A stretch of DNA of 64,000 nt from Balanoglossus misakiensis (GCA_040954595.2 CM082583.2:7066849-7130848); one strand, 5' to 3'. Positions 40,501 to 54,779 are shown, counted from the stretch's first letter. Numbers and translations are program-made. Notes: a model not told the origin generated them from the letters alone.

Positions 40501-42080
40501 TAGAGTCTATTAAGGCACCCGGCGATTGCTTTTGAATGAGATCATATCAGAGCAACCATATGCAAAAAGAATCCCTTTTACTTAGTCCAAAAGCAAGCTT
40601 GTGGAGCCATAATGAAAACTAAAAAGAAAAGATACACGAAATCTTTTCATGAAAACCAATGATTCAAAACATTTCCGTACAGTAACTTCGTTTCTGTCGT
40701 TTTAGACTATCAAAAATGGAAGCGATGTTCCTTCTCCGATCTGACGAGAAGCGACGGAACGTGGCTACACCATGAGTTGTACTTGGTCAGTCAAAGGCAC
40801 CACTCTGATTGGTTAATAGTAGCAACTTGTTCTCGTGAAGCCAATCCGGCAAGCGAGGATTATAATATAAGTGCAACACCTGTGTTTTATGGCGACACAA
40901 GCGGATTGTGTCACTCAGACATAAAGTCACTCACTCCTTTGCGTCAGTCGGTGACGCCGGTAACGTTTTTACGACCCGGCTGCCGTGAAACAGTAAAAAG
41001 TCAGTTTTTGAATGGAGTCACCAGCATCTGACGGAATAATCCGGGCTTGTTTATTTGGTAATCGCGGCAATGAGATGGTTGTAACATTTCATGGGAACTC
41101 TTTTGGTGGAATTAGCTTACTGACAGATGACGCGGACAACGGCGCTGTATAGTTTATAATGGACAATGAATGCCGGCACAATTTTCAAGAACTATTCCAC
41201 GAATGAATTTCAATTGCAGGTCATGATTGTATTTGGTCAAATGTATTTGTAGAGTGACTGTGATTCATTGTAAGATTCAATAATCAAATTGGCAAAGAAA
41301 AAAAAATCAAACTGCGGTTGGAAAAAGAAGAAGTAATTTAACGCGATATTGAGTTACCGTGGTAATGTATCGTGTAGTTATAACGCGGAAGGAGAGGCTG
41401 TGGCTGCGAAACAAACTGGTCGCCATGGAAACACTTCTATTTTAATTCCAATGCAACTGATCATAGCTTTGTCACTTGGTGTACGCACTTCTCAAAATGA
41501 AAAAAAAATATTACAGGGGGACTTTTGGTTGTATCGTATGCATTTCAATTCCGGTAGATATTTAGACTAACTCGTCACTGCACTCTCTGTAGACGGGACA
41601 AAATATACACATGCTTGCGAAATGTGAGCTTTACACGCAGAACTAACTTGTGTGGGAAAGCATCACGTTGGAAATTAAAAGCTAAAGTGTGTTCATGAGG
41701 ATGCCACTGTCAGCACAGTCTTTGTCGCATCTCAAATAAAAAACACACACGAACAAAGCCCGTTTCAGAGCCGTTGTCAAGAACTATAACCACTTTCCTA
41801 TCTTGTATGCTGTACAAAATAGACCAAGTGCTATGTGTAACCACATTCCCTTAAGAAGAGGGACTGTGGTGTAACCATGAATGGTGTCGCTGTGTGTTAT
41901 CCAGCATTTTCGCGACGTGCCAGGAAAGATTCGCAACAAACAAGCTGTTTATAACACGACGTGTACAACAAGGCAATGTTTTCAGTGAAGTGGAGACTGA
42001 ATCACACAACGTGGCGATAGCAGCAAATACAGACAGGATGACGACGGATACTAAATTAAAGTCAAATTGTCAACAGTAAT

Positions 42081-42086
42081 TTTATT
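42081..42086 (-). terminator. Candidate hbn polyadenylation signal AATAAA
   Basis: AATAAA on the - strand ~1.28 kb after the stop, with T/GT-rich downstream sequence. Alternatives lie at 41050-41055 and 40481-40486. Confidence 0.35.
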
Positions 42087-42557
42087 GCACAAATTTAACT
42101 TAATAATAATAACCAATATTTAACAGCGTTATTCCCATCAAAGAGGGTACGGAAAAGCCTGATGGTGCGACATTTTGTACTCATTAAACCGTTTTCATCC
42201 GACTTAAGAGTTATTAAACTCTGGTAAACTCGCAGGGGCATAACGGCGGTGATTGTCAGTTCGATTATTGCCCATGTCATTCTGTAGATTGCGAATAATC
42301 AGGAGTCGTTACTTCCTATCAAAAGGAAATGAAAACACGTTTTCGCCGATGTTTCGATTGGCTGCCCGCCATCATGCCCTGTGGTGGGTCAAATGGAGAG
42401 AGGAACGCAAAATGGCGCGTCCACCTTCGCTTGACGCCGATCCGCCCCATCAGCATAGCTAATGTTTCATGAACGACTTTTAATTCGTTCCAACCGCCAA
42501 CGTCTCCAAACACGGTAGACTGTGTTTCCATGCCTCCACTCTCAATAGCAAAACGAT

Positions 42558-42571
42558 GGGGGGGGGGGGGG
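42558..42571. repeat. G14 homopolymer
   Basis: Directly visible ~0.8 kb past the hbn stop (poly-C in hbn sense). Confidence 0.85.
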
Positions 42572-43360
42572 AAACTTTTGAAACTTTCACAGTCTACAGA
42601 AATAACCTGGGATACAGGCCTGCAAAGGAGCCGTCATGTATCATTGAGTACGTGTACATGGATCGGGACCTACTCTCCAGAAAGTGGAAAAAAATGGCTC
42701 AAAGCGATCATTTTTTTTCAGGATTGAGAGGTATACTGTCTGCCTTAAAAACAGTATGCTGATGGTGTTATCCTATGAGAACGTGACGTCATGAAGTTTA
42801 GGTAATTTCACATAAGTCTAATGCTACCATTTGGCAAGAAAATTCAAACACCATTTCATGAAGTTTGACAATTTCACCTTGATTGGGATTCAATGTATTA
42901 CGTAGATGAGTCTGACTAAAATCCAGCCCCTCCCCCTTAATGTCGTGCAACCGTTGAGTACATGTGTTCGTGGAACAGAGTTTTACGATACCTTAATACA
43001 CAGAAATTTTCCCCGATAGAGTGCCCGGAGGCAAAGACGTTAAATATAATCTTTTAAAATAGAAATTGCTCTAGAACGACAACTTTTTCTTCTTCTGAAA
43101 AACATCTATCAACATTAAAGTGCAAATCTCAATGTCTTTGACATCTAAATCTGGGGACTGTGGGTCGTATTTTCAGCTGCAAGAATGAAGCTTCATTGAC
43201 CATATTTCCCCTGAGGTTTTTTCTCTCTCTCTGCTGAACTGTCGCCTGACAGTTTTACCGTCAGCATGACATACTGCCATATAAGAGCGTCACTTCTGTC
43301 TGGTGGTTAAGTTCTGTCACGGCTCTGTCAGTATAATGAGCTCGTGTATGCCAAAATTGT

Positions 43361-43867
43361 CTATTTTTCTGGTGGCGTATTTTGCTCGTAGCCCGACGAG
43401 TGTTCTTTGGCCCGCAGCCTGAGAGCGTCTATACTTGATTTCCTGATTCCGTACGCGTCCGCTAAATCTAACGGCGAAATTCCGGCGGGGAGCGAGGAGA
43501 GGACAGATGACGTCAGAGGAAGTGACGACGCGTTCGACGACGGCGGGGGTGTCAGGAGTGCATTCGGCAGGCCATTGCACATGTAGCTGGCCAAAAGTCC
43601 GTCGATGGATTTCCCGTGGAGGTACGCCGACGAGGTGGGTATAAATGTCCCCTGGTGACCGAAGGCCCTCATGGGCCCAACCCCCGTCAGGTACGGCAGC
43701 TGCCTGGCCAAATTGTTCGCCCACAAACTCTCGGGGCTCGAATACTGGGGGCTCAGCTCCGGCACAGGGCTGATGTCACCGCTGTAAGGGGAGAGGAAAT
43801 TGGGACTCTCTCTTCCTAAGGCCTTCTCCCGCTTTCTCCACTTGGCCCGTCTGTTTTGAAACCATAC
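43361..43867 (-). CDS. hbn: Homeobrain coding exon 3 (helix 3, OAR)
   Basis: Acceptor ttttcgtgttttacag|GTA; encodes VWFQNRRAKWRKREKALGRE and OAR motif RKSSIDALRLRAKEH; stop TAG ends at 43361. Confidence 0.94.
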   Translation of the reverse strand, partial: VWFQNRRAKWRKREKALGRESPNFLSPYSGDISPVPELSPQYSSPESLWANNLARQLPYLTGVGPMRAFGHQGTFIPTSSAYLHGKSIDGLLASYMCNGLPNALLTPPPSSNASSLPLTSSVLSSLPAGISPLDLADAYGIRKSSIDALRLRAKEHSSGYEQNTPPEK

Positions 43868-46800
43868 CTGTAAAACACGAAAAGCAACAAAATTCGATGA
43901 GACAGGTACAACGACAATTTTAGAATTCGACAGTGCCCGCATATTTTGATAAATGACAAAGACTTCGAAGATGGTCGCTATAATGTCAGAATAACCCAGC
44001 AAATTATTGATCAAATACGCTTAAAATAACACTGTACACAAATTGATTTTTAAACTGCAAATGAATAGTTCATAAATAGTTTTTTAACGTCTCTTATGAG
44101 GCTTTGGAAGTTGTGGGTAAGCTTATAACGTTTGCACGGTTCGTGTTGACCAGTGTTTTGTTCGAATAGCACAATCCCAATTTGCAGCCACAGGTGTCGC
44201 CTCAATCGGGTGTTACAGATACTTTTAATTGACTTTCACAAATAAAAACCACCATTCTGACCTTTGTGAACCGAAAACATGAAAATTTAGCATAATTATG
44301 GTGGACAGAAACAAGCGACGTTATCTTTGTAATAGCAACAAGCAGTGAGAGTAATGAAAGATGGTAATTGTTGACAGTTGAATTCAAGTCCGGACTAGAA
44401 TTTATTTGCCAACAATAACAACAGTCGTTACACATATACATGTTATGTTAACAAGCAGAATAGTCAGCAATGTCGCAAGGTCAAAGAGTGAACAAAAAAT
44501 ACTGAAAAATATCCAAACTAACAGTAAACATTTCAGTAAACCAACGGCAGTTGAGGAATTATTTTTGGTTTACATTCTATTTTCAACATACGCTTGCCAT
44601 TACCAATAAATCCAACACTGTCTTCTCTGTTTAGATTTAGACCACTATACCAGTATTTTGAGAGTTAACACAGAATTGAGTTATATGGCCTTCAGGAGGG
44701 CAATTCCAAATTCTCTCTCGAATTTTAACGTAAAGCCAGTATAACTATAAATTCTTTTCCGTTATACTAAAATAGTTCTAACAGTACCCTTCAAGTTGCC
44801 AAGTAAAAAAACTGACTATTTCGAACTTTCAGAGATTAGACAAAAAAGTTTTTACATACAGAAAAAATCTAAGGTTATGATTTATTGACTTTGAGTGACA
44901 GGAAATGACGTGTCCTAGAAATCGATGAAAACACTCCTAGGGCTGTGTGACCGCGGAAATCAAGATATTGACCCGCATTGATTGATTTTGACCCCAGCAA
45001 TTAATATATTCCCCTTATCATGCTTGAACTTGAACGGATATTTTTAAAGATACATTTTCCCCTATTAACGGGTTTTTGATTACAAGGTCTGTCAGATAGC
45101 ACCATATTACCGGTAAATGGGCGAGCATATGCCCGGCTGCACCGACGATCATCGTGGCAGCTGCCGGCCGGCGCGCGCACGAGGCGGCGAGTGCGTGCGG
45201 CACATCAGCCGAACTGAAGAGATCATATTAAAATTATATCGAAGTGATCATCTAAAATATGATATGCTTTCTAACATTTAGAATTTTACGGCTATGCATT
45301 TTGACTGACCCGACGGAAAACTCTAGACGACGGTAGGGAAAAAATCACACATTAAATCACGTGACTCAAAATACTAAAAAAAATTCCCCGTCTTCCCCGC
45401 TGCGCAGGCTGTATGCAATATGTCCAATATAGCTAATGTCGTCAATTTCTGGGATATTTTCTTACAACAAAGCACATCCGTTGAGGCATTTTGACGCAGT
45501 TTTCACTCTGCGAACAATAAACTAGATACAAAGAGCTCCTCTCCGATAGCCACTTCACCGTCACAATGCACACGGACATAGAAATTGCGCGAACGCCGGC
45601 TTCCAGTCGACAAGTGGGGTGAACAGAGGCAAGGAACAAAATAGATATCCTCTTCATTAATGTACCCAAATAACTGGGAAATGCTATTTTTTTCAGGTAT
45701 AATTGCCGTGATGATTTGTTTTTAACTGCTGGTAATTGTCACAATTATACTAAACTGCACAAATTTAATGGAAAAACCGTGTATTCTCCTCGCGTGAATC
45801 ATTCCGCGCTAATTCACTTAAAACCATTCAAAAGCGAAGATGAGAAATTAGATTAAAATGTGCATGTAGGTAAATCAATGGCGGGCGGGCATTGTGATCG
45901 GGATTGTCTTCGGTTTGTTTTAGACACACTTTGATCTCTCGCACGGCTTTTATTTACCAGACTCCTCGCTTCGCGTATGATCTCTTTGTGTAAATTCGGA
46001 AGAAAATCTGGGGTTTAAGGGAGTTGGAATTACGCCGAGCAATGGCGGCAGACAGAGCCCCGGATGCTGGGAACCAGCGAAATCGCCGTTTATTAGCGGG
46101 AGAATGCGTGTAAAGAAATAAACTCTAATGACAGGGGATAATTGTCAAATCGTCTGCTCCAATTATATATTTTCGCGCCCAAAATTGGTCAAATTGTAAA
46201 ATTTTACCGCCATTCAGAGGACAGGTTGATAAGAGTGATCTCAAAGCGAGAGAAGAGATGAGCGGAAAACAGCAGGCTCGGAGGAGATGTCTTTTCAGAG
46301 CCTAATATTGCTGTATTTTCCTGCTAATTTGAATAATTCGGTGAGCGCAATTCTGGCAATTGTGTGAATAAGTTACTTTGCTCCGAGTGTTAATACAATT
46401 TCACTTATTCCATTTTGCTTTGGGGGGAGGGGGTTTGGAATCGGCGACGCTCCAAGTCGCCAACAGTCCAGCCATTACAGTGCTGCATTTACACATCTAA
46501 TTAAACACCATGGAAGCTTCAATTTTTTAAAGAATTATCGTTTGTTTAATTTTGGTCATCTCAAACGGACTATGAGCAAATAATCTCGCCTAACGGGAGA
46601 TTAGATGAAATTCAGCTTGTCCCGTGGCGAGTCCAATCTTTCAAATCGATCATGACCATCTTTGGCTCGATAATTATGCTTCGGCATATCGGCTGAGCCA
46701 CTATCTTAACCAAACCGTATTTATGCTCAATTTTGTCGAATTACAGTAGAATTGAAAACATTTTACACTCGAGTCTAAAAATATATATATGAAACATACC

Positions 46801-49800
46801 CGTTACGTTAAGGTAACTACATGTAACTGGCCAATACCCTAAAATCGAGCATCGTTTCGATTACTCCCTTTTCTGATTTAAAACGATTGAGATATGAATT
46901 AATTTATCGTCGTGATCGTGCATTCGATTTTTGCTTCGAAATTAAAAAAGAATATTTCAGACGTTTAAATATTGCTTGATAAAACGCTAAACTGCTGCAC
47001 ATCCTCAAATTTATTACATCACCGATTTTCTGACACGACCCGTTGATATTTCTGTGCAATTTCGAAAGAAAATAGAAATAAGCACGTTAAATGACGTTTC
47101 TTACTATCGGCATAGAGGGTGCCTGTGATTTGAACAAATTCTCTTTCCCCCATTTCCACAGCGATATGGAATTCAATTAAAATAAAAAAAAATGTAATAC
47201 ACATTCATCAGGTGTTGTATTTCGGGAAAAAAGAAGAGCGAGCGGAGCTGACTTGTCTTAACAGATAAGCGCTATCATGTCTGCTTGTTTCGACATGATC
47301 CGATCGAGGGCCATTTCAGCTACGGTATTTTTATCAACATTGGCGTCGCCTCTGGGTATCACGTGCCGTGGTGAACGATACGGGCGAGGCTAGTCACCGG
47401 TATTCAAAAAAATTAAAAATACCCACAATCCCTAGTCAGAACGCTAATTGTTTATGCAAATAATACAGACTACACGGTTAGTGTTGATGCACGCTAAACA
47501 AACTGCCAAGTAAGGGTATAGATGACAACAACGATCTGCGCACGGCAACAAAGCGCGGGAAAAAGAACATCGGATCGCCGTGTGTCCGAAATTTGGTTCT
47601 TCTTCAGTCACGACATCTTGGTTAAGTGCGAAAAAATATGGTTATATTTAAGATGTACAGGCCAATGCTGATAATGTTAAAATTATTGGGGTTGTTATAA
47701 TTAGATATTAGGTGAATGCCATATGTGTATGTTTGTGTACAGCCTTGCTTTGGTGAATTTAATACCATAATCAGAACACAATGTCTACCACTGTCCAATG
47801 CAAACTAAAAATCACCACTGCAGTGTGTGCGCAAGTGCTATTGTCATAAAAAAGATTATTTCAAAATGTGTTTAAATCATTTGTAAATAATTCATCGAAA
47901 TGAGGAGTAGGGGATGCCAACTATACTTATGAATAAAGGAATTTCGGATCACGTGATTCCCCATCAAAGAGATCGGGATTTCGGTGAGCGTCAAGGAGAG
48001 TGTGAATAAACGGAACTGTCATGGATGACCGTCTCAGGGAATGGAAAAAATAATCAAATGTTCAAATCAATCAAGGCGCCCTTATGTGGGCGACATGTTG
48101 GGGAAACAGTGTGTGGCTCCTGCGTGGTGACGCAAGGCTGAAACCAGTCAAACAAACTCAATCTAAACGTCTAAATGGAAACGTGGATGGCCGACACGGA
48201 AACACGACGCGATTCTTACCCGAGGTACTTAGCCGTAAATTTGATGACTGAAAAGCGGCCCCGGCAGCCCGTCGCATCCAAAAAAAAAACTGCCTGATTG
48301 CGACTCCTCGGTATATTCGGGCGATTTGATTGCCGGGTTGGTCAATGCGTCAAAGACACGCCGATGGCTCTATTTATTTTTCTTTATTCATTTTGAGGGC
48401 ACTGAAGTGAAATAATGGGAACAATCGAGTTTGTCAGAATCTATCAGGAACCGTTTGGCTGGGTGTTCGTGTCCAATTGCAGTCGATATCAGGTTAATTT
48501 GCGTCAGCCCGAGCATCAAAGATGTCGCGAGAGAGTGAACTACGGCGATTGGTGCAATATGTCTCGCGAATGACATGAAATCGACAACACAATAAAGGTA
48601 GTTTCTTGCAGGAAATTGAACTTTTTAGCCAGAGCTATTTTCCCGGTAAAATTGGTCATACCCAGTAATTTCTACGGGTTCCAGAATTCATAGAAATTGT
48701 CCCGCTATTTGACGACTTTTTCTCGATCTGTTTGTACAACTCCATTTAATTGATAATCAAGTAGAATCGGTAAATGCAACTTTATACCATAAAATGTGCA
48801 TTCACACTCACTAACGAATTGCGCGAGCACAAAGGTCTCACCGTGTCTCCTGTTCTTGTCAATGGGGTCAAAGGTTATATAATCCAGTGAGCTACACATT
48901 TATGAGGTGCGTGTGAGTGTGCGTGCGCGCAAGTGTGTGCGCTGTGCCTGCGTTTGAAATTCAGCGAAATGTACTCCAGATAAACATCCAACAACAAAGA
49001 AACCCCTTTTCGACTTTAAGCCAAATGATTCCAAAACACATTAGATATTGCACCCGCTGCAGAGCAGAAACAAACGATGCATTTCTTTTGTGATAATGTG
49101 AGAATTAAAATCTATTGGTCGTCAGCCCGGAAACAACAACACCAACAACAACAATAACCACCACCACCACCACCATTACTACCAAACAACAATAACAAAA
49201 TTACTAATCAATTAACAAACAAACAAATAGACAAACACAGCAAAAATAAATAAAATTGTTATAAGGCTCTAAAACATCATAATGTACATATACAGCAAGA
49301 TTCGACCACTGACATTTTACGCAACATCCGTTATCAGAAAGTCCATCGGAGCGTAAGGACATTAAAATAACCTACAACAGTTAATCAAGTGAAGGCAATT
49401 TGATAAAAGTCAATTTAATCAATTTTCCTTCAGCGGTGTCGCTCTAGATACTGGCAACGAACTCGGCATGATCGCTTGACCCGTACCTGAAATGTTGCAA
49501 TCGTTCAAGGCAGATTACCAGTAACTTTTGCCTCCTGTTAAAATAGTACTTATTTGTGAATCAACTGTGTGTTCTACGTTCAGCTCACAACACGACACGG
49601 AATTCGGCCTGTCGACACAGCATGCACCCGTTTGCAACCAGAATTGTCGTTGTTGGCGAATGAATTTTAGGTCCGGACTTAAATTCAAATGCTAACCATG
49701 ACAATGTGTGATACGAAGGAAATAAACTGGATAGAAAGTTGCCGGACTGTCATTTGAAATGTTAAAAGTGCTCATTTTAATTTTGTCTTAGTTTAGGGAC

Positions 49801-52800
49801 GATCTTCACATTGAATGATTGTTTAGGATAGCAGCTAACATATAGAAAGAAAATTGTATTTTTTTATCCGCGACCGGGAAATTTAGAAAATTATTCTTCC
49901 AACGCAGCAGCTTCGGTTCGCATTAATTCTCAACTCGAACGATGGCTGCCAGTCACCGACCGAGGACGAATGTCATCGGTGTTTTCCTTAAATGATTCAT
50001 AGACTAATAAGCTGGTTATGGGGCAAAGTGTGACAAGCAAGACTCCCACGGGATGAGTCTCATGATCTCAAGATAATACCTATAAACCCCAAACAATTAC
50101 AGTAATTAAAATGATTAATCTAATTTAACGGAGCTATTAGTAGCCAATGTTATCATTTTCACTCCTACTTGCCCTCATGCGAGAGTTAATAATACATAAA
50201 AACGTGTTTTTAAAATTTCTGTTAACGCGGGTGCTTGTAAGTGTTGCATCTTTCAAGAGCGCGATCGAAGACACACATCCGCGCGCGATGGCCTTTGCCC
50301 GGCGTGCGCACGTATCACACACACGGCAAAGCCACGGGGCGTTTGGGGGAACGGGGAGGGTTGGAAATAGCGTACTGATCACGTTTATATTTTCATTCAT
50401 GCCTCTGAAATTTCAGGTTTGATTTTGTGTCGCTCTTTTGTCGGGAGACTTGTTCAGGCGTGTTTGACGAAAACAAAATTTCCCGAGCACAGATTAAAGG
50501 ACGAACCTGTTGATTCCCGCTATCACTGCGCTTTTCGCAAATTATTTTTGATAATGTGAAATGCCTGAAAGCTATCGCCGTTCACTAGTAACTATGCCGG
50601 GCATTATTACGTCAAAAACATCACAATAATTATTCGGATATGTCAATTTACTCTCATCTCAAAGAGTTCAACACTGTACCACTAGTAAATGATCCAGTCA
50701 ACTTTGACACAAAATGGACACAACACTCACAGACGAAACATTCAGCCGTTTAGTTGGTAACACACGCCGCTCACTTGCTGTAGTCAATACAGATTTCTCC
50801 GTCGAATTTCGCCGGTTTTGACATGGCTGAAGTCAAGTTCGGCGAAATTCGATTAAAACTGTACCGACCACGGGTAAAAGCCACTTTTCCATTATGTTGA
50901 TTACCGTCACGACTTTTATTGCTGCGTGATTAAATTATACCAGACGAACATCGAAAAAAACAACAGCTTGGTATAGTTAATTAGCTCTCTTGTGTTGGAA
51001 AAATTGACAAAAATTGGTTCGAAGGTTTTTTTCTGTTTGTTTGAAATTAGTTGTCAGTTATTTGGAGATTTATGGGCGCCGCGCTGAAAACAGTCATTGT
51101 GGGCTAGTGCCACGTCGGGATAATTGGGAGAAAAATGCGGGTAAACACAGTATATCACAAGAGTCGACAAGCACGTACACCGGTACGGTAAGGAAAACGA
51201 TTGGTCCGTGCAGCGTATGCATGGGAGTTTTTGAGTCTAGATTCTAATTGCAGTAACATTAACGCGGAAAAAATAAACATTTAAATTTGAACTGAAAATA
51301 AATTATGCCATGCAAATGCGGACAATTTTTGATTTGTTTGTGATGACAGGATGTTATATGCAGCGGGGGAGGGGAAAGGGTCGATACTTGAGATGAGCAT
51401 ATGGTTGACGGAATGCGATTTATAAATCGGTCGAAAGATTTGTAAAATAAAATTTAAAAATAAAGAGTTGTTCGTTTGTGAGTGCACTGCAAATAACTTG
51501 AGGATTGCTCATTTTGAAAATGTGAAAATGATCGGTACAGGGAGAACTAGCTGCGAAAGTATTTTGGGTCAATCGAATCGAAGATGCCGGGGTTTATGTG
51601 GCAACTTAAAAAAACACATGTTACGTTGGGTTGCCGTTGATCTGTGTGACAATTAAGTTATTGAAAACGTATGACACAACACTAACGGTGTTCAAACCTC
51701 CACTGTTTTCTAATGATCGGACGATATGAATACCCAAACCATGTCACCATATTGTCGTCCCTTTGTTGGTGAAACACAGTTAATTTCACGTCTTTCAGTT
51801 CGCCTGACAGACGGACAGGAACAAAAATACTGAGAAAAATCTCTGATGTTTCGCCGTATGTATAGTCAAGTAAAATGCATCAGCGGTAAAGGGGGAACCA
51901 TTGTGAACGCGTTTTCTTTGTGTGGACTGAAGCAACGCGCAGTAGCAAATGCGTCCTATACAAATCAATTTGCTCGAAACGCCGCACGGTTCCACTATCC
52001 AAAATGCTTACTCTCCGCATTCACGCTAAATTGACCGAAAACGCATTTTCCTCATTTCGCTGCAGGAATTTTTCCCCCTCGCCCGTGTTTTTAATCATAT
52101 AGAGGGACTGTGTTTCAACAACTGGCGGTGGCCTGTGTGCGCACGATGGCGTCTTCCTCCCCCAAGTTTGCAAAAGAAACTCCCCAGACATAGAAAAATA
52201 CATAATAGTAAAAAAATATACATAAACAAAACATTTCAGTTTTCTAAAGCTCCGCTATTTTTTTTGAATCGCAACTAGCAAACATCAACACACATGTTAT
52301 GGTCTGATTTACGAATCACACCTTTGTGATGGAGCTGTTTTCTCTTTTAAATGCGAACGCAAATAGTGTATTATTTAGACAGCATTGTGGTTCAATTTGA
52401 TCTGTACACGCTATATTAGTCTTTGAGAGCGGGGTCATACTGTATCTAATTGGATAGAAAACCCCAATGTTCATACACTCTGTCTATGGCAATATTTCGG
52501 TACACTTCAGTCGAATGGAAGTATTTCGCGGTGAGAGAGAAAAACAAAAGCACAGAACATGCAGCTGATGCAGGAGAACCATTGGCGACGGGTTGCCCTG
52601 ACCAAAAATCTCTCGATTATATCTTTCAGTTTCAGCGCTCGACTTTTTAAGTTCAGTTATTTCCTTGTACGACAAAGACTACACGCTGTCATCAAAATTA
52701 TTCCAAAAATTGATCAGATACTGTGACATTTTGGATGTTTCCAAAAATCCCAACTAAACCTTCAAGTACGACTTACCGCCTTAAAGGCATACAATGCACT

Positions 52801-54779
52801 GTTTATTCCAATAAATTGACAACAATAGAATTATCATTACATAAGGAATGATTCTTTAAGAGAACATGTTCGTCTTTTGTCCTGTGTTTGGCGAATCAAT
52901 TTCAGTAACACCATACATTAATTAATTTAAATTACGGGACAATCGGATATTGTGGTATACCTTGCGCAAAGTGACAGGTGCAACAATAACCCCCACATAT
53001 CTGTGATGTGTGTTTGTCCAAATGTACAATAGACGTCTATGCTTGCAATGTTAAAAACATACATTCCTTTGAAAGAATGACAGGGAAGGTCGTTCCACGT
53101 TTAAACCTGGTTACCGCCAATTCTTTTCTCTGTGAATTCATTTCAGCTGCTATTTCGTGCATATCCACATTACTTTCACCACGTTCAGTACACATTTCAT
53201 CCAGTCAGTACTGGTATTCCACTGCTTTTTCACCCAACTTTTTATCAGTCCATAACTTTAGTTATTTTATCGCGCCAAATCGAACCATCTGTATGTAAGA
53301 CGGGGAACCGTCGAGTGGTTGCGACCTCTCAACTCTTGAAAAACGCCTGAAATTGGCAGTACACGCTTTCGCCACTTGAGATGCACAACATTGAAGGCAT
53401 ATTTTAGTTCAGACGGACTCGGGGTCGACTCTGTTTCGGTACTTGATTTTATAGCATTTGGCATGTTTCCTGACACGCTCACTCACAGACCGTGAAGGGG
53501 TTAAACCAGAGACCGCTCCGCCCAAATCGTCGAGCATTTCGGAGATAAATTTCGGGAATTCTCCTCAAAAGGGGCAGATATTTCCCCCCTCGGATGCGAT
53601 CATTAATTCGCACTTAGTCTTTGTAGACAGACGTCACCATCGTTTGGGTTTTTTTCGATGGGGGAAAAGAAGTGAAGCGTAGACAATGGCAATTTACAAA
53701 ACAAAACCATCTTGAATATGTCTCTTGGGAAAGGAATTTTTTGGGGTGACATTTTTTAAAAGTGAGTGGAGATTTGTTTTTAGCGTCAACCGGTACCCCT
53801 TCAACGGGAGTTGTGATAGCGGCAGCGTTCCGACACACCCTTTTTTCGCGCTCCAATTCCGCATTTTTTCGCCCGTGAAGGCGCCAGTTATCGTTTAACT
53901 GGAGAACGCCGAGAGTTTTCTCCCCTTGTTGAAATGTTCAAGTCATTTCTGTGCCGGGATCGCTCATCGCCTTCAGTTTTAAGAAAGTCACGTTCCTACA
54001 GCGAAACTAGCGTACATATGAACACTGGAAAGTCAAAATCTGGATGCATAAGGATCAAATACTCGCATCGCGAACAGTACTGTTACTGACAAACCGTCTC
54101 CCATTAATTAAGCTTAATACATTGTGACATTTGTTGGCGAAATAGACGGCCATTATAGGGTGAAATTTGGCTGAAATTGCCTTAACGACAGCCGCCCTGT
54201 TAAAGGCTATTTTCACGATTAGCAATTACCATTTTTATGATTCGTTTACTTAGATGCCATGTGCAAATAAAACTCTCATATTTAGCTGGATTTTCCTAGA
54301 AGGCATATTGTTGACCGTACCCGCCACATAGCCTTGAATAAAAAGAATATTAGCGCACGTCGTCTAGACACACGTGGCTCATTTTGTGTTCTCGAAGAGC
54401 ACTTAAAACACGAATGGGATAAACATCGTAGACTCAACATGAAAAGAACATTTCCAACGGATTTGGCGTTCGTGCATTTTAAGTCTACCTTTTAAACCAA
54501 GAAAAAAAGAGCATTTTTTTCTTGAAATCGCAAAGACCCTGTCGATGACGGTGGAACTGCATGTCGACGAAAAAGTTTTGAGAAGTTCGCTAAGGAGTAA
54601 GCACGCCTCGCACAGTCACGTTTATGCATATACTACGAATAAGTTTAGTTTAAAAAAAAACAGTATTAATATTTGATGAAAAATCAATAAACGGGGGTCT
54701 TTACTGAAAGTGGCGATCATTGCAATGTTGCAAGTCAAGGCTATCATACAGAAAGAGATGGAGTAAAATGTCTAGTTAC
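43868..54779 (-). other. hbn: hbn intron 2 (10912 bp, phase 0, within the homeobox)
   Basis: GT..AG at RVQ|VWF. Confidence 0.93.
49133..49236. repeat. Mixed (AAC)n/(ACC)n/(AAAC)n low-complexity tract
   Basis: Directly visible in hbn intron 2. Confidence 0.8.
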
